Source: Octopus sinensis
Lineage: Eukaryota
Reading direction: 5' to 3'
Assembly: GCF_006345805.1 (NCBI RefSeq)
Contig: NC_043002.1
Coordinates: 79,484,001 to 79,548,000 of the forward strand
DNA length: 64,000 nucleotides
A model generated the notes under the pieces. That model had not been told where the DNA came from. It saw only the letters and a program-made list of their open reading frames with translations, and did no database searches. Of this stretch, positions 13,571-26,935 are shown piece by piece. Every line of letters starts with the position of its first letter. Positions within the stretch are counted from its first letter, which is position 1. The position numbers and the translations under genes are program-made.

Positions 13571-13822
13571 TATATGTGTGTGTGTGTATACATATATATA
13601 TGTATAGTTTGAATTAATAATAGAAGGGTAAATTTATTAATTAAAGTAATTAATAATTTTACCAAGTAGATCGGTACATTAAAATAAACTTTATAGGTAA
13701 AATTATCCACATAATTATAATTAGGGTTCAGCTAATTACTTCACCACATACGGGGTTTAGAAATAGGAGTTAAAATTCCTTTTCTGCTACTAAAAGAAGC
13801 AATTAGCTGAACCCTAATTATA

Positions 13823-13853
<31 letters not shown>

Positions 13854-13945
13854 ACCGAGCGTCAAATTATTATATATGGCTTATGCACGTCTTCACGTTC
13901 GTTTTTTCCCCTGTTTTCTTTTTAACTGTTTGTTCTTTGAATTGA

Positions 13946-13989
<44 letters not shown>

Positions 13990-13994
<5 letters not shown>

Positions 13995-14150
13995 TTGTTC
14001 AAATTTATAGAAAACAAAAGACGAAGATAGGTGTAGGAACTACAAGCAGGTGTATTTGTTTAACGATCGGGAAAAATGGAAAACCCTTTTACGTTTCGAG
14101 CCTACGCTCTTCAGCAGAAAGGATTAAGAGGGGAAAAACGGAGATAGAAA
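13990..14150 (-). mobile_element. Family F (Penelope-like) fragment
   Basis: acgtttcgagcctacgctcttcagcagaaagg. Confidence 0.5.
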
Positions 14151-14959
14151 AAATATATATTTACATGCGCGCGTCTCTGTGTCTGTTTTTATCCCCTACC
14201 ATTGCTTGACTATTTCTGTTGGTGTGCTTAAATCTCCGTAACGTAACGTTGCAGCAAAAAAAAAAAAAATGGCCGATAGAAAAGATAGAAATAAGAACCG
14301 GGGACGTTCGACTAAAATTCTTCAAGGCGGTGCCCCAGCATGGTCGTAATCTAATAACTGAAACAATTACAACGCCATTAAATGAATCCTCAATTCCCGG
14401 TTGCTACTATTGACAACAATGAACTTGCTATTGTTTGCGTTTCGTGTACTTGGCCTCGGTGCTGCTGTTGTTGTTTCTTTTCGTGTGATCTGTCTCTCCC
14501 ATTGTGTTTATAGTTGACGGGGTACTTCCTAGTTTGGCTGTTGTTGCTTTGTCGGTGGTAGCGCTGTGTAGCTGGTCGATGACCTCTCTGGCGCCACGTT
14601 GAAGCTTCTGATACTGAATATGGAGCAACCAATTATCTATTTATTTATTTAATTATTTATTTATGTATTTAAGTATTTATTTTCTAATTTTTCGCTTCGT
14701 TTCGGTTACAATAACATATTCCGACGAGGCGTGCAGTAGGCTGAGCTCAACCTCGGCGCACTGCGAGATTTCAGAATTCGAGATTACAGAGATAGAGTGA
14801 AGAAGTATGTACGCTTATGTGAGCATTTCGGATATGTGGTTCTGTTATGGCCGAATTCTATAATGTATTGGATGATTGTATTGATTGTAGCGTAGGAATT
14901 ATTCTTCTGGAGTGTTGCGTTGTTCTACGAGTCTTCTACAATTGTTCTTCTTTTAAATG

Positions 14960-15044
14960 CTGTTGTTATTGGTCACCGTTGCTGGTGGTGGTGGTAGTGG
15001 TGCTGCCGTTGCTTTTACTGCCGCTGCTACTTGAGTTGCTGTAG

Positions 15045-15088
<44 letters not shown>

Positions 15089-15150
15089 AGATACTGGTGC
15101 TGCAGTTGCTGCAGTTGCTGCTGTTACTCTGTTACTCGCTGCTGTTGCTT

Positions 15151-15187
<37 letters not shown>

Positions 15188-15212
15188 GCTGTTGCTGCTG
15201 CTGCTGCTGCTG

Positions 15213-15271
<59 letters not shown>

Positions 15272-15320
15272 GTCGTCGCTGCTGCTGCTACTGTTATTGT
15301 TGTTATTGCTGTTGTTGCTT
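14960..15320. repeat. ACT/GCT/GTT trinucleotide field
   Basis: Direct reading. Confidence 0.9.
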
Positions 15321-15765
15321 CTTTGTGTGGACACACGCGTTCAGAGATACCCCGCTTACAAAGCGATTTATCATGGATTACTTGTGACAAAAAAGAATAA
15401 AATGGAGTTCTGGGTTTTTTTCCCTGTTCATTCTTCATTCTGGACTATTGACAAGCCGGCTTTTAGGATTATTAAATATCCGACCCATTTTCCAGCAATA
15501 GAAAAAAAAAAAAAGTTTTGTATTGACAATTTTGTTTTAACAGTGCAGACGGTCATTTGTAATTCCGTTTGCATTTCAAAATAGTCACGTCAGTTGTTGT
15601 CGGAAGGGATATGTGCCATAGTGGTGGCATCACCAGCGACAGAATATTCTGATATCCTTACCCAGGATTTTCAAATGCGTCAACAGCTTTAGAAGAAACA
15701 AACAATAGAGTGATTCGTGCGCAAAAACATTTACAATCCAAATTTTAAAATTCCGTAAAGACATA

Positions 15766-15928
15766 AGCGCAGGCATGGCTGTGTGTTAAGAAGCTTGCTT
15801 CTCGACCATATCGTACCGGGTTCAGTCCCACAGTGTGGGACGTTGGGCAAGTGTCTTCTACTATAGCCGGGGGGGCGACCAAAAGCCTCACGAATGGATT
15901 TCATTGAAGGAAACTGGAATACGCCTTT

Positions 15929-15930
<2 letters not shown>
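15766..15930 (+). mobile_element. SINE family A 5' half
   Basis: gcgcaggcatggctgtgtgttaagaagcttgc..ggttcagtcccac..gggcaagtgtcttctactatagcc. Confidence 0.8.
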
Positions 15931-15992
<62 letters not shown>

Positions 15993-16190
15993 ACGTAAAT
16001 GGCCTTTTTACATACTGAACACTACTCGGTAAAATTAATTGATAATTAATTGATTTTACCCTTTTATTATTGATATATATATATATATAAGCATAGAATT
16101 TTTGCATAAGGTTACCGATAATGGTTCTTTTAACATACCGAGCTACTTGGTAAAATTATTAATTATTAATTGATTAATTAATTTTACCCC

Positions 16191-16270
<80 letters not shown>

Positions 16271-16689
16271 TTATGTATATATATATATATATATAAATGG
16301 AGTTAAACGCAGGTGTTATTCAAAAACGAATTTGAATATATATTATACAAAATATTTCACATCAACCCGGAGTTTCTACCTTTGCAAACAGGCTGTTACG
16401 TCCTTATTACTTGTGCGATTTTTTGCTGCCATGGTAACTGTTTATTTTTTTTCCGTGTTAATTGTAAACAAGGGAAAAATACACGCATACATACACACAT
16501 ACATACGTACATACGTACATACATAAATACATACATACATCCATCCATCCATACATACATACATACATACATACATACATACATACATACATACATAAAT
16601 ACATACATACATATATATATATATATAATATATATTATATATATATATATATCTATATATATATAATATATATATATATATATAGTTAA

Positions 16690-16875
16690 TCCAAACATGA
16701 AAACACAACAACGCGAGGACGTGGAACAAGTATAGTGTTATTGGACGCTCAGGAAAGGAAAGAAAGAAGGAAGATTTAACGTTTCGAACGGAGCTCTTCG
16801 TCAGAAACATAAGAAAGGGAAACATCCAAGGAAGGGAAGACGGGGGGAAAATTGCCATCGATACACACGCGGTCA
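16690..16875 (-). mobile_element. Family F (Penelope-like) fragment, best-preserved copy
   Basis: Minus strand CUGACGA-AGAGC UCC GUUC-GAAAC at 16781-16804. Confidence 0.55.
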
Positions 16876-16894
16876 CATATATATGTATGTTTAA

Positions 16895-17130
16895 TCTATG
16901 TATGTGTGCCTCTGTGCCTGTGCTTGTTTACCCATCACCGCTTGACAACCGGTGTCGTTGTGTTTACGTCCCCGTAACCTAGTGGTTTGGCAAAAGAGAA
17001 CCAATAGAATAAGTATTAGGCTTAACATAAGTTCTGGAGTCGATTTGTTAGCCGAAGACCCTTCAAGGCGGTGCTCCAGTATGGCCACAGTCAAATGAAC
17101 TGAAACAATAACAAAAATATAAAATAAAAG
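16895..17130 (+). mobile_element. SINE family A 3' half
   Basis: cgcttgacaaccgg..gtccccgtaacc..aaggcggtgctccagtatggccacagtc. Confidence 0.8.
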
Positions 17131-17304
17131 AATAAAGGATAGTCCTGAATCTTCTAAATTAAATGATAAGCACGGAAAAAGCATTAACGCAAACATTATG
17201 ACATCAGCCTTTGCAACTCTTGCGAATTATAGAGTTCTTTGATTTGCGACAGCACCGAACGAAAACATGAGACTGTGCTTCGAGTAAAAGTGAAATTTGC
17301 CATA

Positions 17305-17445
17305 ATTTCCGTCTACCAAATCCACTAACAAAGCTTTTAATTGCTCAGAGGCTATAGTAGAAGACACCTTCCGAAAGTGTTACACAGTAGAACTGAACCC
17401 GGGGTCAGGTGGTTGCGAGGTAAGCTTCTTACCATACAGTCTCAC
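17305..17445 (-). mobile_element. SINE family A 5' half
   Basis: tttccgtctaccaaatccact..ggctatagtagaagacac..actgaacccgg. Confidence 0.75.
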
Positions 17446-17745
17446 CTGTATAACTTGCAGATCCTGATGATCCCCGAAGATCACAAGGTTATTCCAGAAT
17501 TATATTCCATAAAGATGGCGTTGATGTGGTCACTCAAATTGGAACTAGCAGGCCGGGCTCGGTGCTACACACATGTTAGCAAAAAATACTTGAATGTCGT
17601 CTGGCCATTAGAAAAGGAGAAACACTGGTCAGTACCCATCCACATTCCACCCTTCTAATGATGTTGGTTTTCTGCAATTCCCTTCAGATTTTTCTCCTGT
17701 ATTTTCTCTCTTGTATACGTATAAATCTATTTTTCTGTACAGTGC

Positions 17746-18238
17746 ACGCGTCTGAAAGGATTAGAGACAAACACATTCCTCTCTGGTCAAACTCTCATCA
17801 ACTTCTTCAAGTATCACTTGAAAAGGAAAGTGAGAGTAGAGAGGCAAGTTTTGTCTAGCGAATGTTTCAAAAAAAGATGGGTGAATGTAGCAAGGATTGA
17901 ACATATGAATGATGAAGCCACCTTGAGCATAATCCTATGAACCCGGAAAATTTAAAACAGAGAGTTACTTACTTGTAAATAAATGTGTTTACATGTGACA
18001 TTATTGACCGAGGTTACCGTGGTCTTTTCCGTATGCTTTTCTTTCCACGGATAAACCTTATCTGTTTCCCCCTTTACACTTTACATCATGACATTTCTGT
18101 GATACACGATCCCTATTGATCGTTTGTTTTTACGATTCCTTTTGATCGAAAACCTACCACCTCTTTTTTTTCTCCCCAAAGCTCTGCTTTGTAATTTGTC
18201 CCCTCTGTGTTCATCCCTGTGTGGGTAATAAAGAAACA
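17746..18238 (+). mobile_element. L1/Tx1-type LINE 3' end (ORF2 C-terminus plus 3' UTR)
   Basis: Open frame 17746-17940 TRLKGLETNTFLSGQTLINFFKYHLKRKVRVERQVLSSECFKKRWVNV..IIL*, then a pyrimidine-rich UTR ending in aataaag; clade call from recalled similarity. Confidence 0.55.
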
Positions 18239-18240
18239 TA

Positions 18241-18645
18241 GGCGCAGGAATGGCTGTGTGGTTAGTAGCTTGTTTACCAACCACATGGTTCCGGGTTCAG
18301 TCCCCTGCGTGGCACCCTTGGCAAGTGTCTTCTACTATAGCCTCGGGCCGACCAAAGCCTTGAGTGGATTTGGTAGACGGAAACTGAAAGAAGCCCGTCG
18401 TATATATATATTATATATTATACATATATATATATATACATATATATGCGTGTGTGTCTGTGTTTGTCCCCCTAGCATTGCTTGACAACCGATGCTGGTG
18501 TGTTTATGTCCCCGTTACTTAGCGGTTCGGCAAAAGAGACCGTGCTTACAAAAGAATAGGTTCCGGGGTCGAGTTGCTCGATTAAAGGCGGTGCTCCAGC
18601 ATGGCCGCAGTCAAATGACTGAAACAAGTAAAAGAGAGAAAGAGA
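18241..18645 (+). mobile_element. Near full-length SINE family A with internal (TA)n/(TG)n
   Basis: tRNA-like head ggcgcaggaatggctgtgtggttagtagc..ggttcagtccc; tail gactgaaacaagtaaaagag; at least 14 homologous pieces in the window. Confidence 0.9.
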
Positions 18646-19017
18646 GATACCACACTGCAACGATTTGTGGATGGTACTCCACTATACCAGTGGTTGGCAT
18701 AAATTCCAAGCGTTAATTTTACGAAATAACTTACTCAATACGTTAGGCAGACTTAAAAGAAACTGAAGGAGATTAGGTTAAGAGAGGAGGTAGATAACAA
18801 GGAGAGTTTTGAAAGGATGAAGTGTATATTTAGAAAGATCTGGACACATAGAAGGTTGAATAAAGAGGAAGAGTCGTTCATGCAGGCCGAGGAAGAGAAT
18901 AAGACATAGAATCAAAAAGTTTCAGCTAATCTAACAATTTCCAAACCTTTCTACAATCCCATAGGCAATCGCTGAGAATCAAAATAAGTCGAAAACAACA
19001 ACAACGAAACAAAATAT

Positions 19018-19369
19018 AACATGAGAATTCAGAGAGCGCAAACTTCCGCCAAGGCAACACCAACGTCTTCTCAACGATTAGCCGAGATGATTTTTAGGGT
19101 TGAACCCGACTCTTCTCACAAACGGGAATACTAAAACTGAATCCGACCGCTCTCAAAAAGTAAGGAAAATAAACAGGAAAAATAATTCAGAATCCTTGTC
19201 CGGTACCGGATCGGTCCCAAAATCTAATCAGTTTGTGCCTGTCACGAGGCCAAACAACCCTGAAAGTTTCATTCGAATCCATCCAGTGGTACTTGACATA
19301 TCTTGTCCACGGACAAACAAACAAACACGACTGCAAAGTATAACTCTGCCTTCGCTAAGGCGGAGGTAA
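19018..19369 (+). mobile_element. Helentron/DINE-1-like non-autonomous element
   Basis: 5' cttccgccaagg motif, internal ggacaaacaaac tract and 3' palindrome ctctgccttcgctaaggcggaggtaa; related ends at 23331 and 23925. Confidence 0.6.
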
Positions 19370-20066
19370 CAAGAAAATCAAACAAAACGAATAAAGCTTA
19401 AAAGAAAATATTTATAACACCTTTCCAAGCACCTCCTACTTAAACAACACCTGCAAAACGAAAGGCACCAGCATTCAGGTCACAGTTTTTGTGTTCATTG
19501 CCTCGGGTGTGCGCCGAAAAGTGTGATTCTGTTCCTTAATGAATATGACAAAATTATATTGTTGATGAGGGGCCCATGACCTTCCTAGAATTCCGGTGCT
19601 GCAGCCTTCATAAAACGTAATTAAGATTGCATTGCCAACAATTAAAATTTTATAAATACCAAGGTGGGTTGGGTGGAAACAACCACGTAATTAAAAGGAA
19701 AAGGCTGAATGGAATGAAAGCCCTAATTGTTCACCAGTCATATATCACCTGAGACACCTTCACAAAATTTCATCCGCATGAAATATAAAAGTCAAGTTAG
19801 GTTATATCTTTTAAATAAATAATTATACCTTCTACATTACTACGTATTAAGTTCTTCCTCGAGGTGCAGCCTGGAATATTATTTGAGAATTTACCTTATA
19901 CATACATACATACATACATACATACATACATACATACATACATACGTACATACATACATGCATACAATCGAAAATGAACATACATATATGTACACGTGTA
20001 TGTATGTGCACGCGTGTGCGTACCTATATGCGTGTTTGTGTGAGTATGTATGTATGTATGTATCTA

Positions 20067-20213
<147 letters not shown>

Positions 20214-20260
20214 CGCTTGTGCACACAGATATATACGGTGTGTGTATGAGTGTGTATATA

Positions 20261-20296
<36 letters not shown>

Positions 20297-21479
20297 ATAT
20301 ATATATATATATGTCTCTGTGTGCGTGTATTATATATTCGAGTATGTATGCATATGTGCTTCAATTATACATATGTGTGTATGTATGTATGTGGTTGTGT
20401 GTGCGTACATAAACGCATATGTACGCGTATTTGTATTTCCCTGTTTATAAACACAGAGTGACGTGTGCGTAAACAAACACAGACTACGTCTGGACTCTGT
20501 AATATAATCACTTGATCGAAACTGAGAAGACGGCCATGAATTAATAGTCGAATAGTCGAGTGCCATTTACCCTGTTCCGTAGTCTCCGTGTTGGATTAAC
20601 TGTTCAAACACTGGATGTTTGGTGAAAGATTTGAAGCTCAAAAGTATAGATTGCCGCCGTTGGTGTAATTGACTAAGTGAGCGTTTTACGTGTCGACGAT
20701 GTTGGAGGTGATGTGAGCCGAGCTAGGGAAAGAGATATGGTGAAGGAAAAGCTAAAGGGATACGCTGAGATTTTGAATCGAATATGAGAGTGATTTAGGG
20801 TTGTATAGATTCTGTGAGTTTAGAAAGTTCGAGTATGGTGGAGAAGGGGGGAAAAGTAGATGGAGATGAGAGCGTTAGATAGAGAGAAAGCCTTGAGGTG
20901 TCTCCAAAGAGATATAAAAGATAGAATGGAAATGCAGAAGAGTAGCGGGAGAAAAGAAAATGAAGGAGATAAGGGTGCAAAATGAAAGACAGGGAGACAG
21001 AGAGAGGAGGGAGAAAGAAACAATGACGTAAAGATAAGGAATGCATATTTATTTGTCATATAGAGAAGGAGGGGGGAGATATGAAAGATATGCAGTGTTT
21101 AAAGCTAAGGATGCTTAAGATGAATGAGAGGGAAGATAGAACAGAGAAAGGAGCCAAAGAGTGGGATAAAAAGAATGAAAGAGGTACGAACTGTCTCTGA
21201 CAGGTAGGCTTAATAGAGACTGAGGGAAATTAGGCTGGGAGAGGAGGAAAATAACAAGGGAAGATTTCAAACGAGGATGAGTATACTTAGAAAGATCTGG
21301 ACATAAATAAAGTAGAATAAAGAGGGAGAGTCCTTCATACTGACCGAGAAAGCGAGTGAGATATTGAATTAAAAAAAAAAGAACAATGTCTAAAGTGGCA
21401 TATACAAAAAAAAAAAAAGCGGAAAGAGAATAGGTTGGGAAAATAATCCTTTCTACCATAAGAACAAGGCTTGAAGTCG

Positions 21480-21618
21480 ATCATATTGACCCCAAGTGCT
21501 CAGCAGGTACTTAATTTATCGACCTCGATAGGAAAAGTCGACCTCGGCGGAATTTGAACTCAGAACGTAAAGACACGAAATACCGCTTAGCATTTCGCCC
21601 GGTGTGCTAACGATTCTA
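21480..21618 (-). mobile_element. SINE family C
   Basis: Minus strand gttagcacaccgggcgaaatgctaagcggtatttcg..gagttcaaattccgccgaggtcgac; homologous to the 36720 and 60830 copies. Confidence 0.8.
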
Positions 21619-21710
21619 TCTATCTATCTATCTATCTATTTGCATGTATGTATGTATGTATGTATGTATGTATGTATGTATGTATGTATGTATGTATGTA
21701 TGTACGTCTG

Positions 21711-21773
<63 letters not shown>

Positions 21774-22095
21774 GTATATCCTTTTTTCTGTCTTTCTTTG
21801 TGTGTATATATGTATTCATGCAGATATGTGTGTGTATGTATATACATCTATAAATTAAAACATCGAGACATACATCTGCCTACACACATACTTGCTTTCA
21901 TGCATGTATTCATACGTACGTTCAATCAAGCGATAGAAGAATGTGCCTTGCACACACATGGTTGCGAACAAATAATATATCAGACTCGATTGAAAATGTT
22001 TATATAATTGCATTAATTAAATATTTTCCTTTCGTTTACACAGATGTATCCACATGTAAACGTACTCACACATACAAGCACACGCATACACACAC

Positions 22096-22418
22096 ACTGG
22101 CATTCAGACGGTTACGAAGATGACAGTTACAGTTGATGCGAACAACGGAACAGCCTGTTCAGGAAATTAGCGTGCAAGTGGTTGAGCACTCCACAAACAG
22201 GCGTGCCCTTCTCGTAGTTCTCAGGGAGGTTCGGCGTGACAGAGAATGTGACATGGTTGGTCCTCTGAATTGCAGGCACAACCTCATTTTTGTCAGCTGT
22301 GTGGACTGGAGCAACGTGAAATAAAGTGTCCTACTCAAGGATAACACGCACTGCTGGGAATCGAACTCACGCCCTTATGATCATTAGCTGAATAGCCTAA
22401 ACACTTTGCCACGCGCCT
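22096..22418 (-). mobile_element. SINE family B (body variant 2), full length
   Basis: Head ggcgcgtggcaaagtgtttagg..gagttcgattccc; body homologous to 46964-47237. Confidence 0.85.
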
Positions 22419-22800
22419 TGACACACACACACACAAACGCATACACACACAGTCATACACACACACGCATACACACACACACACACACACACACACAAAA
22501 CCATAGCTTTAAAAAATAATATATATCAGCATTTGTTGAGCACTTCTGGGGAAAAACACCCTGCTATGACTAAAAAATTATGTACTCTGTGGAGTAGTAT
22601 GCATCATATCTCCATCTATGTATTCCTCTCAGAAGATTATTCCATCTGTAGCTTTTCCTTAGCAAACAGGTCCATCTGGTTGTTCTTAAAATGTGTCTGT
22701 TTTTTATGTACATTCGTTCGTCAGTGCATTTTTGTAGTTAATTTCTCGTAACAGATAGAAATACACTGCTGTCTATTGAGGTACTGTATCTTCTTACACC

Positions 22801-22842
22801 GCCTGATGAGAGACACTTTTCTCGAAACAGATAATTTGTAGC
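22801..22842 (+). ncRNA. Candidate type I hammerhead ribozyme (core and stems II/III intact, stem I weak)
   Basis: CUGAUGA 22803-09; stem II GAGA/UCUC; GAAA 22824-27; stem III ACAGA/UUUGU; GUA triplet ending 22840; stem I only 2 bp. Confidence 0.4.
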
Positions 22843-23330
22843 ATGATATTTGCCACGAACAATGATCATATGTATTCCCTTTCACTGTATATCAGAAGTT
22901 GACGCTTTATTCTTATTCTTTCTCTGTTAATAATTTTCGCATCCTTTCCCCAAATAATTAATAAAATGTATGATTCTTGAACACATTAGTGAGCAATATT
23001 TTAACAAAACTAATTAAGATTAATTATAATGTGCCCTATGAAGTAATAATGATGTATGTACACTCCTATGTATGTATGTATGTATGTATGTATGTATGTA
23101 TGTATGTATGTATGTATGTATGTATGTATGTATGTATGTATGCATGCATGTATGTATGCATGTATGTATGTATGTATGTATGTATGTATGTATGTATGTA
23201 TCATGTATGTTTGTATATATGTAGGTGTGTGTGTGTGTGTATGCATGTGCACGTGTGAATTTAAATGTGTTTCTTTGTTGCCCTTTATGTAATATAGTTG
23301 AAGTACAATCTACATCCTGCTTACAATATA

Positions 23331-23463
23331 AAACCAGAAAAGCACTCGGAGAGCGCAGACCTCCGCCAAGCAGCTCATTTCCACCCATATACAAGCATGC
23401 TGAAAATCGCCCAATTTCCCAAACCAACGCCGGCTAAAACATAACCTCTTTGGCGGGGGGTTA
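23331..23463 (+). mobile_element. Short Helentron/DINE-like element
   Basis: gagagcgcagacctccgccaag..ataacctctttggcggggggttaa. Confidence 0.55.
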
Positions 23464-23924
23464 AATAAAAATAACTCAGCCATATGATTTTAAGGAAAAA
23501 GAACCCTTTAAAAACAGGAATCATCTGAAGCAGTTCACAACCACCAACATCATCATCAGCATTGTCATTGCTTCCACTTCAACCACATACACCGTCATCA
23601 ATGTTATCATGACGGTTACCTTGACAGTCACTTTCACCACCACAACCAGTATAACCACTGTAATACCACTGTCACACAACTAACACTATCATCAACACCA
23701 CTATTACCACCATCACCTCAGCATCACACATCACACCGCTCCTGTCACCATTATAACCACCGATACTATTTTATCCTCCTCCCATACTTATCTCGACCAT
23801 CGTCATCATCAACACTGTCTCTAAACAGCAACACTACCATAGGTTACGTGGAAACAATGTGCTTTCAAGGGAGGTAAGCAAAGAATGTAGCATTGTAATA
23901 CTTCATATAGTAAATATAACAAAT

Positions 23925-24120
23925 GAAAAATCCTTCAAGAATCCATAGAAATTCCCGCATCACAAACAAAATTTCATCATCTATTCCTTATATCATTACC
24001 AACGTTTTCCGCAAGTTTCATTAAATACTGTTCACAACTTTTTGAGTTATTTTGCATACAGTTGGACAGTCGGACAAACGAACGCCAATGAAAACAACCT
24101 CCCTCCTTGACGGAGGTAAC
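23925..24120 (+). mobile_element. 3' part of Helentron/DINE-like element
   Basis: ggacagtcggacaaacg..acctccctccttgacggaggtaa palindrome. Confidence 0.5.
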
Positions 24121-24765
24121 AAAACAGCAACTGCTCCGCGGTTGATTAATTTTACTAATTGGCTAGGTAAGATCGGTAGGCTTGCAGCATCTTGGATCTT
24201 GCGGACTTTTCTCTCGAAAGGAAAATAATTTTGATACAGCAATGAATTTATCTTCCATAGTATTCAGTATAATATTCGTCTTCCTTGTTATGCAAATTCA
24301 TACTGCTGGCCTCACAAATTTACGTCTTATAGCTAATGTTTGAAGTATGTTTGAAGTATGCACATTTCCCCTGGCCATAAATGTTCTCAACTCTTATATG
24401 GCTATCCTGTATATATCTATTGGAGTCTAGGTAGAGCAACGTTGTGTTGATGATACCCATGGAGGTAGAAACGTGTGTTCATAGATGCCGTCTTGTCTCC
24501 AGAAGAAAACAAGGCAGACTGTATCATTTTATAATGGCTTGCTTATTTCGGAAAATTATTGATGGCTTGAGATTATTGTCTCTTCACGTTCAGATGTGGC
24601 TCCAATTGCCATTATGTTCTTGTCTCCTTTCTCTGACAGCGCAGATAAGCAGAAATTTATCTCGTAAAGTAGTTTGTTCTTCTTATACAAATTCATGCAA
24701 CTGATAATTCCGAGTTATTCCCCTTACCTCAAGTGTACGTGTGTATTGCGTGTGTGCACGTCTCT

Positions 24766-24824
<59 letters not shown>

Positions 24825-24832
24825 TTAGATAG

Positions 24833-24863
<31 letters not shown>

Positions 24864-25261
24864 TGTATGTATGTATCTATCTATCTATCTCTCTCTCTCT
24901 CTCTATCTCTCTCCCTCTCTCTCTCTCTCTCACTCTCTCCCTCTCTCCCTCTATATATATATATATACAAATTGAGATAGGGGTTGTAAATGCAACCCTC
25001 CATGGGATAACATATAACCAATATACTGCTAGGGAAGTACCCAAGAAAGTTAATACATAAATGTTAAGAATTGCGATGCAGAGCCAACAAAGGTTTGTAT
25101 ATAGATGTAAAATCTAAGTTCTATTATACTGTGATCAGTTGTCGAAGTTTCGCTAGTGCAGGCTTATTCAAAGTGTGAGACAAAACCACCATCTCGAAAT
25201 TTCGAAGTAACTGTCATATCCCTCTCTCCTCCTCTCTCTCTTTCTCGGTATAAATAAATAA

Positions 25262-25316
<55 letters not shown>

Positions 25317-25377
25317 CATACATATAACACAAACCCACACACATATATATATATATAATGTAATATAGAATATGATA

Positions 25378-25419
<42 letters not shown>

Positions 25420-25685
25420 GTATATGTGAACATACAGTGGACTGATCATGTGGAAGGACGATGACGATACGTATATACATATACGCACGCATATACAAGT
25501 AAATATTTAGATGTATATGTATATACGTGTGTGTATGCTTGTGTCTGTGTCCGTGTATGTGCATGTGTAAGTTGTCGCTTCGTTTGTATTTGCTTATCAA
25601 TGGCAAATAGTAAAATGGACAAAAGTAAGAATATTTACAAAAATTAATGCAAACACACACACAAAAAAATATTTTATTAATACAA

Positions 25686-25718
<33 letters not shown>

Positions 25719-25733
25719 GATGATGATGATGAT

Positions 25734-25809
<76 letters not shown>

Positions 25810-26594
25810 TGATGATGATAATAATACGGAAACGGAAAGTAAACAACGAAAATAGTAGAAAAATACAAAAAAATAGGAAGTTACAAAACGAATATTTTTT
25901 TTTTTTTTTCATATTTGACAGACACAAAACGTCAGACAGAGAAAAAGAAAATCAATGAAACAATAAAATAGACACATTTGAAGAAAAAATAGCAAAAATA
26001 TTAATAACAAAATGCCATATCGTTAGAGTCATACATGAGAAATATCAACGATCTCTCAAAAACCACTGTCTCTGAATCACGCCAGACAGCAAGGCCAGCG
26101 TCACAGCCTTGTCGTCATCCAGCCGTTACTGATTACGCATGCGTGCTAAATAGACAAAGCCGATTATCGCTCGGGCGAATGTCGAACGAAGGTGTGGTGG
26201 ATGAAATGAACTGTGTCCACTGAACCGTTAGGGTTGGAGTTTTCTATTATTTTTGCTTTTGTTTCTTTGTTTTGTTTTGTTTTGTTTTGTTTTACGCTTA
26301 TTAGTATTATTTTTGTATTTTATTTTATTTTACTTATTCGTTTTGTTTTAACAGATATGTCCATCGATATCTGCACCACGAGAACTGGTAGTTCCCTCCC
26401 TCACACCCACCACAACCACACACTAATACTCTACCCGCCCAACCGTCATTCATCATCTTTCAGGCTCCATATACATCAATACTACGAGCCAACTAGCTGG
26501 CCTATAGATGGTCGCTCGATTTGCTAGAAATATCAGCCAATTAGCCTCCTAAAGAGAATCTACTGAATTAGAACTAAAAAGAGAAAAAAAAAAA

Positions 26595-26935
26595 GTAGGT
26601 TGTATAAGTGTGGTAAGAAGGTTGTTTCCCGTCCTTGAGGTTGATGGTTCAGGCCCACTGCGAGACACCCTAGGGAAGTATCTTCTACAATAGCCCCTTA
26701 GCCGACCAAAGCCTTGTGAGGGAAGCTGGTAAACAGAAACTGAAATAAGTCCATTGAATATATGTGTGCATTGTGCGTATCGCGCGTCCGAGCGTGTATA
26801 TGTATGTGTGTGTCTTTCCCCCTATCGCTTGGGTTGGTTTGTTTATGTTCCTGGAAGTTATCGGTTCGGCAAAGACACCAATAAAATATGTACCAGACTT
26901 AATAAATAAGTACTGTTTGGTTAGTCCCTCTTCAA
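26595..26935 (+). mobile_element. Diverged SINE family A
   Basis: gtgtggtaagaagg..ggttcaggcccactgcg..gccgaccaaagccttgtgag..ggttcggcaaag. Confidence 0.7.

Noticed and set aside
14390-14632. Two overlapping minus-strand ORFs in non-repetitive sequence after a possible acceptor
   Set aside because: No recognisable domain, no clear donor and no way to choose a frame; the length is within chance expectation
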